The notes under the pieces: model-generated
What the model was told of the DNA's origin: nothing
Databases searched by the model: none
Seen by the model: the letters and a program-made list of their open reading frames with translations, nothing else
Made by a program: the position numbers and the translations under genes
Shown: positions 13,418 through 28,820 of the stretch, piece by piece
Position numbering within the stretch: position 1 is the stretch's first letter
Layout: every line of letters begins with the position of its first letter
From: the human T2T-CHM13v2.0 reference genome, Homo sapiens
NCBI RefSeq assembly: GCF_009914755.1
Contig: NC_060947.1
Length of the DNA: 64,000 bases
Direction: 5' to 3' (one strand)

Positions 13418-13693
13418 AAAGCTGCTGATTAGTTTTTTCCTCCATAATATTTGACCTCCATAACTGCTACTGAAACCCCAATTTTCCAACTTCCTTGACT
13501 AATTGAAGAATAAAGTATTATGAGAATTTTGAAGCTGACATTTCTATAAGGCTAAATTTATGTTGCTGTGCCCTTTAGGGAATGCTTTGGAAGAAAATTC
13601 CAGCATGGGATCATAGGATTCAAGGACTAAGGGTAATAATTATGCCTTCCTCGAACTTTTGCTAAACTCAGATCCATCTCTATGCATCACTTA

Positions 13694-14067
13694 CATTAAA
13701 TCAAGTTTAGCCTAAAGCTGCCTCCTTATGTATTTTAAGTTCAGCCTAAAGACTTCTCTGTACATCTTGAACTATAACATCTAAAGAAAGTTGTAAGCAG
13801 ACTGTAGCCTACTCTTGTGCCAATCACTGAGTTTTGGCCAATCAAAGGCGGCCAACTGTTCAAATTGTGTTCAAATAAGACAGACACCGAGTTGTAACCA
13901 ATCCGGCTGTTTCTGTACCTCACTTCCATTTCTGTACAACACTTTCCTTTGTTCTGTCCATAATTCTTCTACCACGTGGCTGCACTGGAGTCTCCAAGCC
14001 TACTCTGGCTCAGCAACAGCAATTAAACTCTGTTCGATTTAATCCAGCTAAGGTTTTTCTTTTAACA
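13694..14067 (+). mobile_element. MER57-family ERV1 solo LTR
   Basis: ttaaatcaagtttagcctaaagctgcctcctta start, three CCAAT boxes, ends gtttttcttttaaca; near-TSD ctta/cttg. Confidence 0.85.
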
Positions 14068-14374
14068 CTTGATATACACTAATATTGATTACTGAGTGAG
14101 CATCCTATGTATTTCATCAGAGAATATTCCCAATCATTTCTGTCTAACAGGAGCATACTAACCATCTCTGTCTATTCCCTAATATATCTCATTTTTGTAA
14201 AAACAACAAACAAGCAGAAATGCTTTAATATTTCTCATAGCAAATATTGTATTAAAAAGAAATTATATCAAGATTATGAACAAATTACGACAATGATGAG
14301 ATGTTCTCTTCATCAGCATGACACCCTTTAAAATTCATTGGCAAGACTGGCTGTAATAGTTGTAGAGCCTTGTA

Positions 14375-14590
14375 TACCCAATGGTATGCAGAGTAGTATA
14401 ATGGTCATTGGAGACTCATGGTGGAGGATGGGAGCCAAAAGGGATAAAAAACTACATGTTGGGTACAATGCACACTACTTGAGTGACAGGTGCACTAAAA
14501 TCTCAGACTTCAGTGCTATACAATTCATCCATGTAACCAAAACCCACTTGTGCCCCAAAAGCTCTTAAATTTTTTTTTAAATTAAAAATA
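14375..14590 (+). mobile_element. L1PB-type 3' end fragment
   Basis: gataaaaaactacatgttgggtacaatgcacactac...aattcatccatgtaaccaaaacccacttgtgccccaaaagc plus A/T tail. Confidence 0.75.
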
Positions 14591-14794
14591 TTTACCTTGA
14601 GTGTTGTACTAATCAGTTCAAACTGCTATAACAGAATACCATAGACTGGTTGACTTAAACAACAGAAATTTATTTTCTCAAGGTTTACAAAGCTGAAATG
14701 CCCACAATCAGGGTGTCCATTGATTTGCTTCCTGGTGAGGAATATCTTCCTGACTTGCAGATGGCTGACTTCTTGCTGTATTTTCCCACGGCAA

Positions 14795-15788
14795 AGGAAG
14801 AGAGAGAAAGAGAGGGTGGGTGGGAAAGACAGAGACAGAGAGAAGAGAGAGACAGAGACACAGAGAGAAGAGAGAAAGACAGGGAGACAGAGAGGAGAGA
14901 GAGACAGAGACAAAGATAACAGAGAGAGATAGAGAGAGAAGAGAGAGGAGAGAAAGGAGAGCGACAGAAACACAGACAGAAGAGAGAGGGCCGGGCGCGG
15001 TGGCTCACGCCTGTAATCCCAACACTTTGGGAGGCCGAGGCTGGCGGATCATGAGGTCAGGAGATCGAGACCACGGTGAAACCCTGTCTCTACTGAAAAT
15101 ACAAAAAAAAAAAAAAAAAAATTAGCCAGGCGTGGTGGCTGGCGCCTGTAGTCCAAGCTACTAGGGAGGCTGAGGCAGGAAAATGGCATGAACCCAGGAG
15201 GCGGAGCTTGCCGTGAGCCGAGATTGCGCCACTGCACTCCAGCCTGGGCGACAGAGCGAGACGCCGTATGAAAAAAAAAAAAAAAAAACAGAGAGAAGAG
15301 AGAGACAGGGAGACAGAGAAGAGAGACAGAGACAAAGATAACAGAGAGACAGACAGAGAGAGAAGAGAGACAGAGACACAGAAGAGACAGATAGGGAGAC
15401 AGAGAAGAGAGACAGAGACAAAGATAACACAGAGACAGAGAAGAGAGAGGAGAGAGAGAAGAGAAACAGAGACACAGAGAGAAGAGAGAGAGACAGGGAG
15501 ACATAGAAAAGAGAGACAGAGAGAAAGAAAACAGAGAGAGACAGAGAGAAGAGAGAGGAGAGAGAAGAGAGAGACAGAGAAAAGAGCGAGAGAAGAGAGA
15601 GAGAAGAGAGAGGAGAGAGAGAAGAGAAAGAGAGAAGACAGAGAGGAGAGAAAGAGACAGAGGAGAGAGAGGAGACAGAGGAGAGAGAGAAGAGAGAGGA
15701 GAGAGAAGAGAGAGAGAAAAAGACAGAAAGAAGAGAGAGAGAGAAGAGAGGGAATGGAGAGAGAAAGAGGAGAGAGGAGATAGAGAGA
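14795..15788. repeat. GA-rich (GAGA/GACA) polypurine low-complexity repeat
   Basis: Near-exclusive A/G strand outside the Alu, with recurring agagacagagacaaagataac units. Confidence 0.95.
14989..15288 (+). mobile_element. AluY with 12-bp left-monomer deletion (Yd/Yc3-type)
   Basis: ggccgggcgcggtggctcacgcc start; gaggtcaggagatcgagaccacggtgaaacc lacks the ATCCTGGCTAAC of AluY; ggcggagcttg; many CpGs intact; TSD acaga(c/g)agaagagagag. Confidence 0.9.
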
Positions 15789-16442
15789 ATGCTCATATGT
15801 TTATTCCTCTTCTTATAAGGACATATCCCATCATGGGGGCCCCATCCTCGTGACCTCATGCAAACTTAATCACCTTCCAAAGGTTCCACTTCCAAACAGC
15901 ATCCTATCAAGGGTTAGAGTTTCAACATAGGAATTTGGGGTTGGGGGAGCACAAACATTCAGTCTATAACGCGAGTTCAGGTGGGAATCACAGTACTTTT
16001 CAAAAGAGAGAAGCAAGATAATAACGATCATTGGATAAAACAAGATCGTTAACAGAACAAATGGCTTAGAAAAGAAAGTCCCAAGCCCTGTGTCCCTCTC
16101 CGTGATTCAGGAGCTATGTGTACTCCCAGTGGATTAACACACAGCAGAATCTCTGGTCAGTTTCTCTTCAGAAAAGGAAGAAATTGTGTTTTTTTCCTTA
16201 CGTTTCTCTGAGAGGAACATAGAATTGTAGACACTCAGGTTGAGGTGAGCATGCAATGGGCACATCCCTCCTGCTATAAATCTCTTCTTGGCATCTCCCC
16301 AGCCCCCCAGCACAAGCTGATGTTCCTACCTCAGAAAATGTTCGCACACAAGACAACGCACACCTTCATTTAGGCAGCCACGTGCCTGGGGCAGGAACTT
16401 GTCGCTCTCTGAGAAGCAAAAAAGGGGTTGGGGCCATAGAAT

Positions 16443-17226
16443 TGTGGACCAAACTATCTGAGATAGGTCTCAATCAATTTAGAAAGTTAATTTTGCCCAG
16501 GTTAAGGACACACCCAAGACCCAGCCTCAGGAGGTCCTGTCTACATGTGCCCAGGGTGACTGGGACACTGCTTGGTTTTATGCATTTTAGAGAGACATGA
16601 GACATGAATCAATATGTGTAAGATATACATTGTTTCAGTCCAGAAAGACGGGACCACTCAAAGTGGGGGCAGGAAATGGGGGCCTTCCAGGTCATGGGTA
16701 GATAACAGACAAAAGGTTGCATTCTTTTGAGTCTTTGCTCAGCCTTTCACTGAATATAAAATTTACATATGAGAGTGGAATAGAGCAATAGTCACTTATA
16801 CTATAGACTGGCTCAGTGACTCTGCATTTTTGCGTAAACAATTGGGCAGGGGAAGCAACCAGATATGCATTTTTCTCAGGTGAGCAGAAAGATGACCTGT
16901 CCTGCACCTATGAAGATAAGCTATCCGCTTACATTGCTAGGGTGAAATTCAAAAGAACTCTGTTTTTAGGGTAAACATCTTGAGGTCCACAAGGAATTTC
17001 TTTGTGAGCAAACTGTGAGGGAGGTATGTAACTTTTTTTTTTTTTTTTAATCTTTGTAGCTTTCTTACTTAGGAATAAAATGGGAGACAGGTTTGCCTGA
17101 TGCAGTTCCCAGACTGACTTTTCCCTTTGGCTTAGTGATTTGGGAGTCCCAAATCACTATTTTATTTTTATTTATTTATTTTTATAATTTTTATTTTTTA
17201 TTTTTTAAATTTATTTTTCCTACACA
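16443..17226 (-). mobile_element. MER4A-like ERV1 solo LTR
   Basis: tgtgg...tctgagataggtctcaatcaatttagaaag...cagcctcaggaggtcctg...ttatttttcctacaca; near-TSD gaat/gaag; extra T-rich tract at ~17155-17210. Confidence 0.85.
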
Positions 17227-17384
17227 GAAGTCTTTGTCAAAGCTGCGTTTATTGGTGGAAGAAATGAATTTTTGAGGTGTCTCTTTGTTTTGCAAAGTGA
17301 TGACAGGGAAACAAAGATCAACCAAAGCACTTTTGAAAAATTTGGCAACCCCACTTCTAAGAATGAGGCCAGGTTGGGCTGAGA

Positions 17385-17605
17385 ACCCTCATTCCAGGGA
17401 AACTAGTGGGTGACCGAGTTGAGTGGCTATAATCACTTCAGTCCAGGAAAAGCAGTCAATGAGAGAGATGTTCTGCCATGATCACCTCTATCCAGGGAAA
17501 CTAATCCATGGTGGAGATGGTGGTCCCTGATCACTTCAGCCCTGGAAAAGCAGTCCATAATCACTAAGGCAGGCTGTGCTTGCTTCGGCCCAGGGGACAC
17601 AATGA
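17385..17605. repeat. Degenerate ~49-bp tandem repeat, 4-5 copies
   Basis: tcac(t/c)tc at 17433, 17482 and 17531; ccagggaaacta at 17394 and 17492; ggaaaagcagtc at 17446 and 17544. Confidence 0.7.
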
Positions 17606-18115
17606 TGAGGGACCTAGAATGTTTATTCCTAGTTGATGATAAGTGCACATAGTTACTTGAGTTACTCATTTTCAGAAAGGTTTATGCCTGCTTAGAAAAA
17701 ATTCTCATGTTTAAGAAAACGTGTAGGATCAGTAGTATGTGAGTGGGCTTTCTGTTGTTGGATCTCTATAATTTTGAACTTTTGCATTCAATCAGGGAGG
17801 GTTACTGTAGGCCAAACCTCCAGTGAAGGCTGGTTCTGTGTTTTTCCATGGTATTGATTGTGATCTTATTTTTCTTGCTATTTAGAAGAATTTATTCTCT
17901 GGGGTTAATTGAGGATCTGCTGACATTCCTCGTTCATTCTTGTCACGAAAATTGTTTGATAACCATAGTTTTTTATGATATTTTAAATCCGAGACTTTGT
18001 ATTTAGCTGTATGCAGAGAAAACTTTTTTTTAAATTTTTAAAGAGAAACTTGTTAATGCCCTGTTTTTATATTTACTGCAATCTCCTTTAAATGGACTAC
18101 AAGCACAGGTGCAAC

Positions 18116-18282
18116 TTTTTGTGTTTTTTTTTTTTAAGAGATGGGGTCTCACTCTGTTGCCCAGGCTGGAGTGCAGTGGTGTGATCATAGCTCACTGCAG
18201 CCTCAATCTCCTGGGTTCAAGTGAGTCTCCCTTCTTGACCTCCTGAGTCACTGAGATTATGGAATTGAGACACTGTTCGGCA
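18116..18282 (-). mobile_element. FRAM/FAM monomeric Alu
   Basis: Poly-T, gagatggggtctcactctgttgcccaggctggagtgcagtgg..., single monomer; degenerate TSD cacaggtg(ca/tg)a(c/t)tttt. Confidence 0.8.
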
Positions 18283-19373
18283 CACAGGTGTGATTTTTAA
18301 GGAATTCTCACCCACTTGCTCAAGACATGCTATCAGGATCTAGATGTCGTCTAGATAATGGTATTCTTCTGGAATCATGGTTGCAGTTGCACAGGCATTC
18401 TCAGGGGCTTGCTTCTGTGTTCATAATCAGAGGCACGGGACATAATAGAGGATCCAATTTAGAATGGCTCAGCTTTAAGCAGTAATGGAAAAATTTATGG
18501 GTGACAGGAAGAGCAACAAAGGGTCAGTTTGCTATTGGAATACTTACTTCCAGTTGGGTAAGTGAAAAGGAAAGAAAAAAGGAAAAAAATCGAATCATTT
18601 CTGTTGAAAAAATTCGAAGCATTTCTTTGAAAAGAAATGTTAGAAATTTAAATTCTAAGATATCTGTTTCTTATTTGGTTTAGATATGAACCACTCTCTA
18701 AACACAGCCCAAAATGAAATAACAAAAACAACAATGGCAGCTACACCAGTAACAACTTCTACTGGGCTCTGAGCCACCCACCCCAGACCCCATCTCTTAC
18801 ATAAATAGGAAGATATTTTTGCATATAATTTTCCTCAATTAAACATAATATTTCCTGGAAGTTTCCAAAGAGAGCTTTGGCAGCATAAGCTGGACAGCGA
18901 TTAGGAATCCTCCAGTGATCCATGAAAATGTCTTTGAGGACTATGTGTGGTCATGGATTAACCTGCAGGAATAGCTTGCTTGCACGTCAGAATGTAAATT
19001 CTAACTTTCCACCCACTAACAAGCCTGTTTCCTTCCAACAGGAGCATGTCGCAGGGTTTTCCTACTACTAAGTACCATCTTTAATAAAAGAAATCCCTTC
19101 TCATTATCAGAAACCACCAGTTTCCCTCAGTTGTCTTGTTTACCTGCTGAACAACCCCAGAAGACATGCCTAAAGCACGTACTTGGCACTGAATAAATAT
19201 ATGTTGGGCAAATGAGATGCATTTCTCTATGAGACAACTAATCCAGAAAATATATTTTTTTCCTGTTGCAGAAGTCTTCATTAAATCACCTAGAAAGTTT
19301 CTTACTACCTATGTTCATTTTAGCTCAAAAATTTCAAGGTATGTTTTCTTCCTAAATAGGCTTTCCTATAGGA

Positions 19374-21052
19374 CAGTGCTTCTAAACGTGTGTTTGGTAT
19401 GTAGAACCCAGGGTGTCATGGAGACCCACTCAGGGAAACAGGCAGGCCAGAAGTATTTTCATAATAATATGAAGACATTATTTTCCTTTCTCACTGGGTT
19501 GACATTTACCTTATGCTGCAAAAGCTAGTGACTTAGCATGGATGAAGGCAGTGGTACTAAGCCTTATTGGTTTGTTATTTCATTCTTTCTGACTGGCACT
19601 AACAGTAGAACAAACAAACAAAAAAGAAAGAAAACAAAATTTACCTAAGGAAGTCCTTTATGAAACAAATTCATTCACTTATTACATATATATTGACCAA
19701 CCCCTGAGTACACATCTTTTTACGGTGGAACATGGGTTTTACTAGAATAGGGGAATGATAAACTATGTTTCTTCTGACTTCCAGTCTAGGGCAGACATTT
19801 CTTCCAAAATGAATGAAGTGAATTAGTCATTTCATGGAAAACAACTAACAGCATTTGTTGACAGTGATGCATTTGGACTTGCAAAAGAACCATAGAATTT
19901 TGGGAAACTTGCATCCAATACTATAAGCTAGACAATTTTCCAATACATAAGGTGTTTCATAAAGAATACATCGGTGGTGACTAACATGTGATTTTTTAAA
20001 TATTGCATAATAAAAATTTGTCAAAATCTGTAAGATCAGCAAAACTTAGGGAAGCGATATTTTCCAAGTGCATATTGTATGATGCTACACAATCATGCAT
20101 GGTTAAAAGAGCCCCTCAAAAATGCAATAGATAATTAATGTAGTTAATTATTGATATTAATCTAACAAAATAAGAAAATTTCATTGATAATGATTTCAGA
20201 TTCCATATGGCAATCTAAAATTTCTTTAAAAAACTGCCATTCCTTGGGTTTTGGTGTAGTATCAAACCCCAGCTACCTGCAAACACTATTAGAATATTTC
20301 TCCCTTTTCCAATTACCATCTGTGAAAGGCCAGATTTTCTACATATATCAGACAAAACAATATATTGCAGGCCAGGCGCAGTGGCTCATGCCTGCAATCC
20401 CAGCACTTTGGGAGGCCAAGGTGGGTGGATCGCTTAAGCTGAGGAGTTTGAGACCAGTCTGGGTGAAACCTCATCTCTAAAAAAAATAACCCATCTCTAA
20501 AAAAAAAAAAAAAAAAAAAAAATAGCTTGGTGTGGTGGCATGCGCCTATAGTTCCAGCTACTTGGAAGGCTGAGGTGGGAGGATCACTTGAGCCTGGGAG
20601 GATCATTTGAGCCCAGGAGGTAGAGGCTGCAGTGAGCTATGATGGCATCACTGCACTCCAGCCTGGGTGACAGAGTGAGACCCTGTCCCAAAGCAACAAA
20701 CAAAAACAAAAAACAAAAGAAATCATTGCAACAGATTGGATACAGAAGATAAGAGAGTTCATCTGTCCTTTATTAAACTAGACATTTAAAAAATTTGCAA
20801 ACATGTAAAAGAATGCCATACCTCTCATTAATTTTTTTTGCCTTAGAACATAGAGTTATTTTAAGCAAAATATGGTATTTATTAATTTGTAATATTTATT
20901 ATTGCCATTTTAAAATAAGTTAATAAATTTATATATATTTTTAATTCTAAGTACACAGTGGTAAATATTGGACAGGTAAAACTCACATCAACAAAGCTTT
21001 CTCAAGAAGTTTGAAGAATATAAAGAGATTTTAGGGAGTTTGAGAAACGCTA
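19374..21052 (+). mobile_element. Charlie1a-like hAT DNA transposon relic
   Basis: Start cagtgcttctaaacgtgtg...tattttcataataatatgaagacattat; internal ggcagacattttcttccaaaatgaatgaagtgaa; end agtttgagaaacgcta (degenerate TIR). Confidence 0.8.
20370..20720 (+). mobile_element. AluJ inserted in Charlie1a, with two internal tandem duplications
   Basis: Dimeric Alu; duplicated catctctaaaaaaa and gggaggatca(c/t)ttgagcc; degenerate TSD aaaacaatatattgca / aaaagaaatcattgca. Confidence 0.9.
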
Positions 21053-21372
21053 CTTGGCGTTTCTTGACCTATTAGAATAGCCTTTATAAGCTGTAATCTA
21101 CTGCTCTGCTTGAGTCTTAGATGTGTCTTGGTAGGGTCAGATTCCTTTTAAAGGTCACTCCAATCTTAAAACTCACACGGGACTCCTACTATCTGATGGC
21201 TTAACCTCCTCTTTCATTCAGTAACTTCCAATTGATACCAATAACTACAGCGAACCAGTTTCTGCTGTTGCTGTGATTCCACTGATCCTTCTTCTTGTTT
21301 CTGTGTTTGATCTTCACAACAGCCCACTGCGGTATCAAGATTTTGATAAAAATCCAAATCAGGCTAAGAAAC

Positions 21373-21782
21373 TGTGAAAGCTGATCCTACGAAGTGAGTC
21401 ATTCTTGTCATACCCGACGAAAACAAGAGTCGACCAGGAGGAAAAAGCACTTGGGCACAGAGGATTGCTCCAAAAATGGAATTCTCTGCAAGCCCAGCAG
21501 CTAAAACTGCCTGCTGTGACCTGAAACTGGTTTTATCTACCGGCTGCTGAAACAACCAGCTGTGGTTGCCTTCACTGATGGATCGAAACTTGCCCTCTCC
21601 CCAAAACCTTATTAGTGCCAATGAACTTTCACAAAGAGCAATACATAACATTTCTCCTTCTCCTAAAACCTCTTTCTCTTTGTTCTTCAGGTCTGTGTAT
21701 ATGCCCCGAATTGCAATTCTTTCTTCCTAAATAAATGTTTTCATTTCAGAGATTTGCCTCTGTATTTTATTTGGCTTTGACA
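21373..21782 (+). mobile_element. ERV1 (MER4-group) solo LTR, subfamily uncertain
   Basis: TG...CA ends (tgtgaaagctgatc...tttggctttgaca), AATAAA near the 3' end, 4-bp TSD AAAC at 21369-21372 and 21783-21786. Confidence 0.75.
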
Positions 21783-23567
21783 AAACCAAGGTTTAGGGGT
21801 CCGATAGCCTGTCCGTGGCCACTTACCCCAGAAGAGGTTTGCTTTTTCCAAAGTCAGAATTCTGAATCTCTGTAGCAGAATCCCTTCTCAGCAAAAGGGT
21901 CATTGCTTTCCAATTAATTACAGGTGTTTTTAGGCTATGAAAATTACACATGTAGATGTACAATTCATTTATACCCCATGCTGTTTCAAATCAAGCCATG
22001 TAAATTATTCAAACCCACTGGGAAGTTCATTAAAATGCTCTTATATTTAAAAAATCCAAAAAAGTATCTCGCTCTCCGATGTCAAACTTAATTAATTAAA
22101 CATTTTAAATGTAGTTTTTATAATTTATAGTGAACATTTCCACTTTAATAACCTTCAATATTTCAGAGGCATCCAAGTTAGTTTCTGATGTATTTGTTTT
22201 TTCTAAAATTTCAGAAAATTGGTACATCTCTTCTTTCTTCCAACTTTTATCTTTATAGTAACACTTTTACATTTCCAAGTTTCTATAATGTGAGAAAGTC
22301 TTTTGGGCTTTATTGTTGGTTGAATTCCAAAATAGTTCTAACTCAATAAGAGAAAGTATTCCAATATTATGTAAATATTATTCATTTACAAATTTTAATT
22401 GGATTCAAATGGATGAAAATGTATTTCTGCATTATTTAAACTTCACTGCTAAACAAAGATACTTTCAAGGATCGAGGTTTATTGGATCCTGAATTAATCA
22501 CCTATCCTTTCGATTTGGTGCTATTTCCTGGTGATCTGTCCTGATATGTCTTCTGTTTCTTTCCATTCAGTTGGAAGTTTTCTTTAAGAATAACCATTTT
22601 AAAAAAAAAAAAATTAAAAAGCGTGAATGGGGAGATAAATATAAAAAATCTGAATTCTTATATTTAATAAAATTTTGTTCTAACCCTTGAAGGTTTGGCT
22701 TCTTCTCAGATTCCTGGGTTAAAATAATATATATATATATATTTTCCCTCTTTGGCTGTTGAGAGACCTTGACTTCATTGTGAGGAAAAGTATGACATCA
22801 AACTTATCATGATAAATTCTTGGATTATTTATTTCTTGACTTTTTTCTTTTCAGAATTTTTCATCAGGGAGTAGGACTTTTGTTTTCATTCTACTTTGCA
22901 TTTGTTGAGCCACTCATTTCTAAATTTCAAAATTTTTTTGAGGGAAATTTATTTAATTACATATAAATAAATGTAATATCTATTTATACATATGTTTATT
23001 TATGTAACTGTATATTAGACTCGATGTATATATGTTATGCTGCACACACACACATTCACACATACATATGTGTGCACACACGTAAACACATCTTACCCTC
23101 CTGCTTTTTATAGGAACCTTTTCTTGTTTTCTGCCTGGACCATCCTCTAGAAACACTTTGAGAGTATTAAATTGACACAAAAATTAGAACATTCCCTTTT
23201 TGTTCTTGAGTGATCTGTTTGTTCTGAAGTTAGGCATCTGGTTTGCCCAGGTGTTTTATTGCTCTAAATGTTCGCTGAGAGTGGGGTGTCTCTTCACATT
23301 AGGGTGTGTAGCATGTGTGGTGTAGCATAGATGGCTGGTGAGTGCTACTAACACGGTTTTGTTGGTTCATTTTGTACCCATGCCCCTCTCCAGCTTCCCA
23401 GGACCCTCCCCCAGTCTAGCATCCCTAGTCCTCATTGTGGTCCAGGAATACAATGTTGCGATCCAACAGCATTGCAATATGCTTTGGTGCTACAGCTTGT
23501 CTCTCTATGATTTTTCCACTGCCAGGACGTAGCAGGGGTTGCTCCTTTTGGTAATCCCTCAAATAAA

Positions 23568-24074
23568 TGCAATGAATTGCTGGGCCAGGTGTCAGAGCCC
23601 CAGCAATGGAAAATCACGAGCTCGCGGGTAGCAAGAATTTACCGACAACAGCATATGTTTGAAAAGGAAGGTGTTATCCCATAGAAAGAATGCTGCAGAA
23701 GAATGCAGCAGGTGCCTCAGTGAGAGAGGACTGAGCGCACCTGGTGGGCTTTTCCTTAGGGGTATTTATGGACCCTAAAGTGGAGCTGAAGGGTAACTTG
23801 GACCACATTAGCCACATAGGTCATGATAAATGATTACATTTGTAGACATTTAGATGCCTTAATGCCAGCAAGGATTGCACAATGAATTTCGACATGTATG
23901 CATTCCAGAGATGTGTAGAAATTCTAGTTACTCACAAATTTGGGGAAAGAAGCCTGGTACTGGATGACAGCTTTAGATAATAGAGAAGTCTAAATACTTC
24001 TAAATTCCTTAGATAAGGAGTTTTGGTTCCGGATGGTCGGTTTGATAGTCACCAGGTGGTCTTTGCTCTCCTCG
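23568..24074 (-). mobile_element. ERV solo LTR (LTR32/MER66-like, subfamily uncertain)
   Basis: gtgtcagagcccc...gaatttaccgacaacag...gtcatgataaatgattacatttgtagaca...caccaggtggtctttgctctcctc; recalled LTR consensus in antisense. Confidence 0.7.
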
Positions 24075-24149
24075 CAAATGAGAAACATTTAAATAGCTGA
24101 GCAATGATGAAGGTAGATTTATTTTATGTCCTTCCTTTTGATATCATTC

Positions 24150-26700
<2,551 letters not shown>

Positions 26701-27916
26701 ATCGTAGTTAAAAATCACCAGTGATGTTTCAGAAAGAGTAATCCTTCAGTATAGCTGGTGATATGAGCAATATATTCATCATAATTCAAGAAACAGTTAC
26801 CATTTTACAGATAGTTCACATCAATTCCAAAATACTCTGGATCAACCCAGAGAAATGTGAGAGATAGCAAATTTATTATTTTTATTCCATAGACAATATG
26901 TCAGAGTTTTTTCCTGTCTGTCCCTTTTGCCAGAAAAATGAAATAGTTTTATAATTCACTCCAGAGAAGCCTTTATTTAATCATCCATGTTAGGACGACT
27001 AATTAGAGTTTTCAATACCTGCTCCCAACCCTCTGAAAAGAATTATCTACAAGTATTATTGGTGGCGGGGTATTAGTATGCCAAAGCTGTTGTGTAATTT
27101 CTGCCAAACTCCTGAGATTTTATAGCTATAATGTCTTTTAACTGACTTACACTTTCTTTCAATAATGCAACTGAAGTAGTATTTTCTTTGAGATGTCTAA
27201 ACCTATCCAAATTGATAATATCTGAATAACAAAGTTCTAAGATGAATAAAATCCGGTGGCTGTGTTATCAAATGCCTGCCAAACATATTTATCTTCAGAG
27301 CCCATTATTTCCCATAAAAAACCCAGCAGTGACTTTCATAACTGTTATGCATATGGGCTGGGCTCATTAAGACAGTACCTTCTTATCCTTATTCATAGAT
27401 GCTCTTCTGATTCAAAGTTAACATGTAATATTATCATTAAGGAGCACAGAAAGAACCTTCATTTTCTAAGAAGTCATTAGCCATAGGTCTTTTTCTAATT
27501 TTTCTGTAGCATCAATTTTGTATATTAATGAAAACCATTATTTTGAAATACTTAACTGGTAAGGAAGAGAATGATCAAAGAATTGAGATAATTTAGCCTA
27601 AAGAAGTAAAACCTAAGAAATGATTGAGCTTCAAAAAATTGTGCAGACGGCAACTGTTTCTTTAAAGATACCAAATACCTTTAAAGATACCAAAATAGGA
27701 AACCAGCCCAAGTTTGGGGGAAAATTATGTATTTTTGAAATTTTAGTAGTATATATTGTATTTTTTTTACAGGATACACTTGCATGGTGGTTAATGGAGT
27801 CTTCCGTCAAAAACAGGTGTGAGAACTTCAGCTCCTGAATACATTGTTTGCCAACCCAGTTGGCCAACAAACATTTTAATAAGTGACCCTTATGATTGTC
27901 AGTTTTCACAAGCGGA

Positions 27917-28099
27917 AGTACAAGGTGACCAGTTTAATTTAAATTTCAGATAAACTGAATATTTGTAGTATTAGTATATACAGGCAATATCTGGGAAATA
28001 TTAGGTTGGTACAAAAGTAAGTGAATATTTATGTGAAAAAAAGTGAGTTTTATCTAAGATTTAAATTCCACTGAGCAGCCTGTATTTTCTTCGGCAACT
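27917..28099. mobile_element. MER53-like palindromic hAT MITE with a MADE1-like stub at ~28001-28022
   Basis: ccagtttaatttaaatttcagataaac ... ttttatctaagatttaaattccactgagcagcctgtatttt...ggcaac inverted arms; ttaggttggtacaaaagtaa resembles the MADE1 TIR. Confidence 0.6.
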
Positions 28100-28689
28100 T
28101 CAATTCTATTTCTGTGATGTTCCAGGTAGCTAAACAAACCAATTTGCCATAATCACCGTATTAAATAATGTCCTGGTCTTTGATAATGGGTGCAGACACA
28201 TTTTCATGGATACGACCATGTTTTTTCAAACAAATAATACTCAAACCCTGACTATACAAGGTAGATAAACAGCAAACTTTGGTTTGGCCACGTTAGAGGG
28301 TGAAGGCCTTATAGTGGCTGTGGATTTGACATCATCTAGGTCTTCTCTTTCTCTCTAAGAGGGTAGAGTGTGTGGGGTATAGTGTGTGGGGGCACCCTCA
28401 AAATAAGGGGGAATTCTTATTGAGTGGAATAACAATTTTGGGGCCATACCTATTTGTAATAGGCACAACCATTCACATTAGTGATCAGTGATGGCTGGGC
28501 TAATTCAAAATATATTAAAAAACACTAATTGTAATTGAAGCATACTCACATGTATTATTCTTACGTGGTATAAGAGTGCAAGACTTTCCTGAAGTATGAA
28601 TATCAAATATATAAGAGAAGGAACATATGTTTTATATGTAGTTTAAATACTTTCTCAGATAAGGGAATGTTTGATTTTAAAAAAAGAAA

Positions 28690-28820
28690 ATTCAATGCAA
28701 CATGCATTAAGTACCTACAACCTACTCTGAATTATCTAAAAACTGTGAGAAATAAAACGATGAGTAAAAATAGTCATTGTTCTCTGGAATTCATTGTCAG
28801 GTAGGGGAGAATGATGTGCC
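28690..28820 (-). mobile_element. L2 3' fragment
   Basis: attcaatgcaacatgcattaagtacctac ... gtcattgttctctggaattcattgtcaggtagggga resembles an antisense L2 3' end. Confidence 0.45.

Larger units (their letters stand above)
14605..15971 (-). mobile_element. MLT1A-like MaLR LTR split by a ~1-kb GA-rich expansion and an AluY
   Basis: 14605-14795 (ctgctataacagaataccatagactgg...ttaaacaacagaaatttatt) and 15790-15971 (cttcttataagg...cacaaacattcagtctataac) are contiguous parts of one antisense MLT1. Confidence 0.8.

Noticed and set aside
14626-15859. Long overlapping ORFs (up to 232 aa; SL-rich or RE-rich)
   Set aside because: Translations of the GA-rich repeat and AluY; stop-free only because of low complexity
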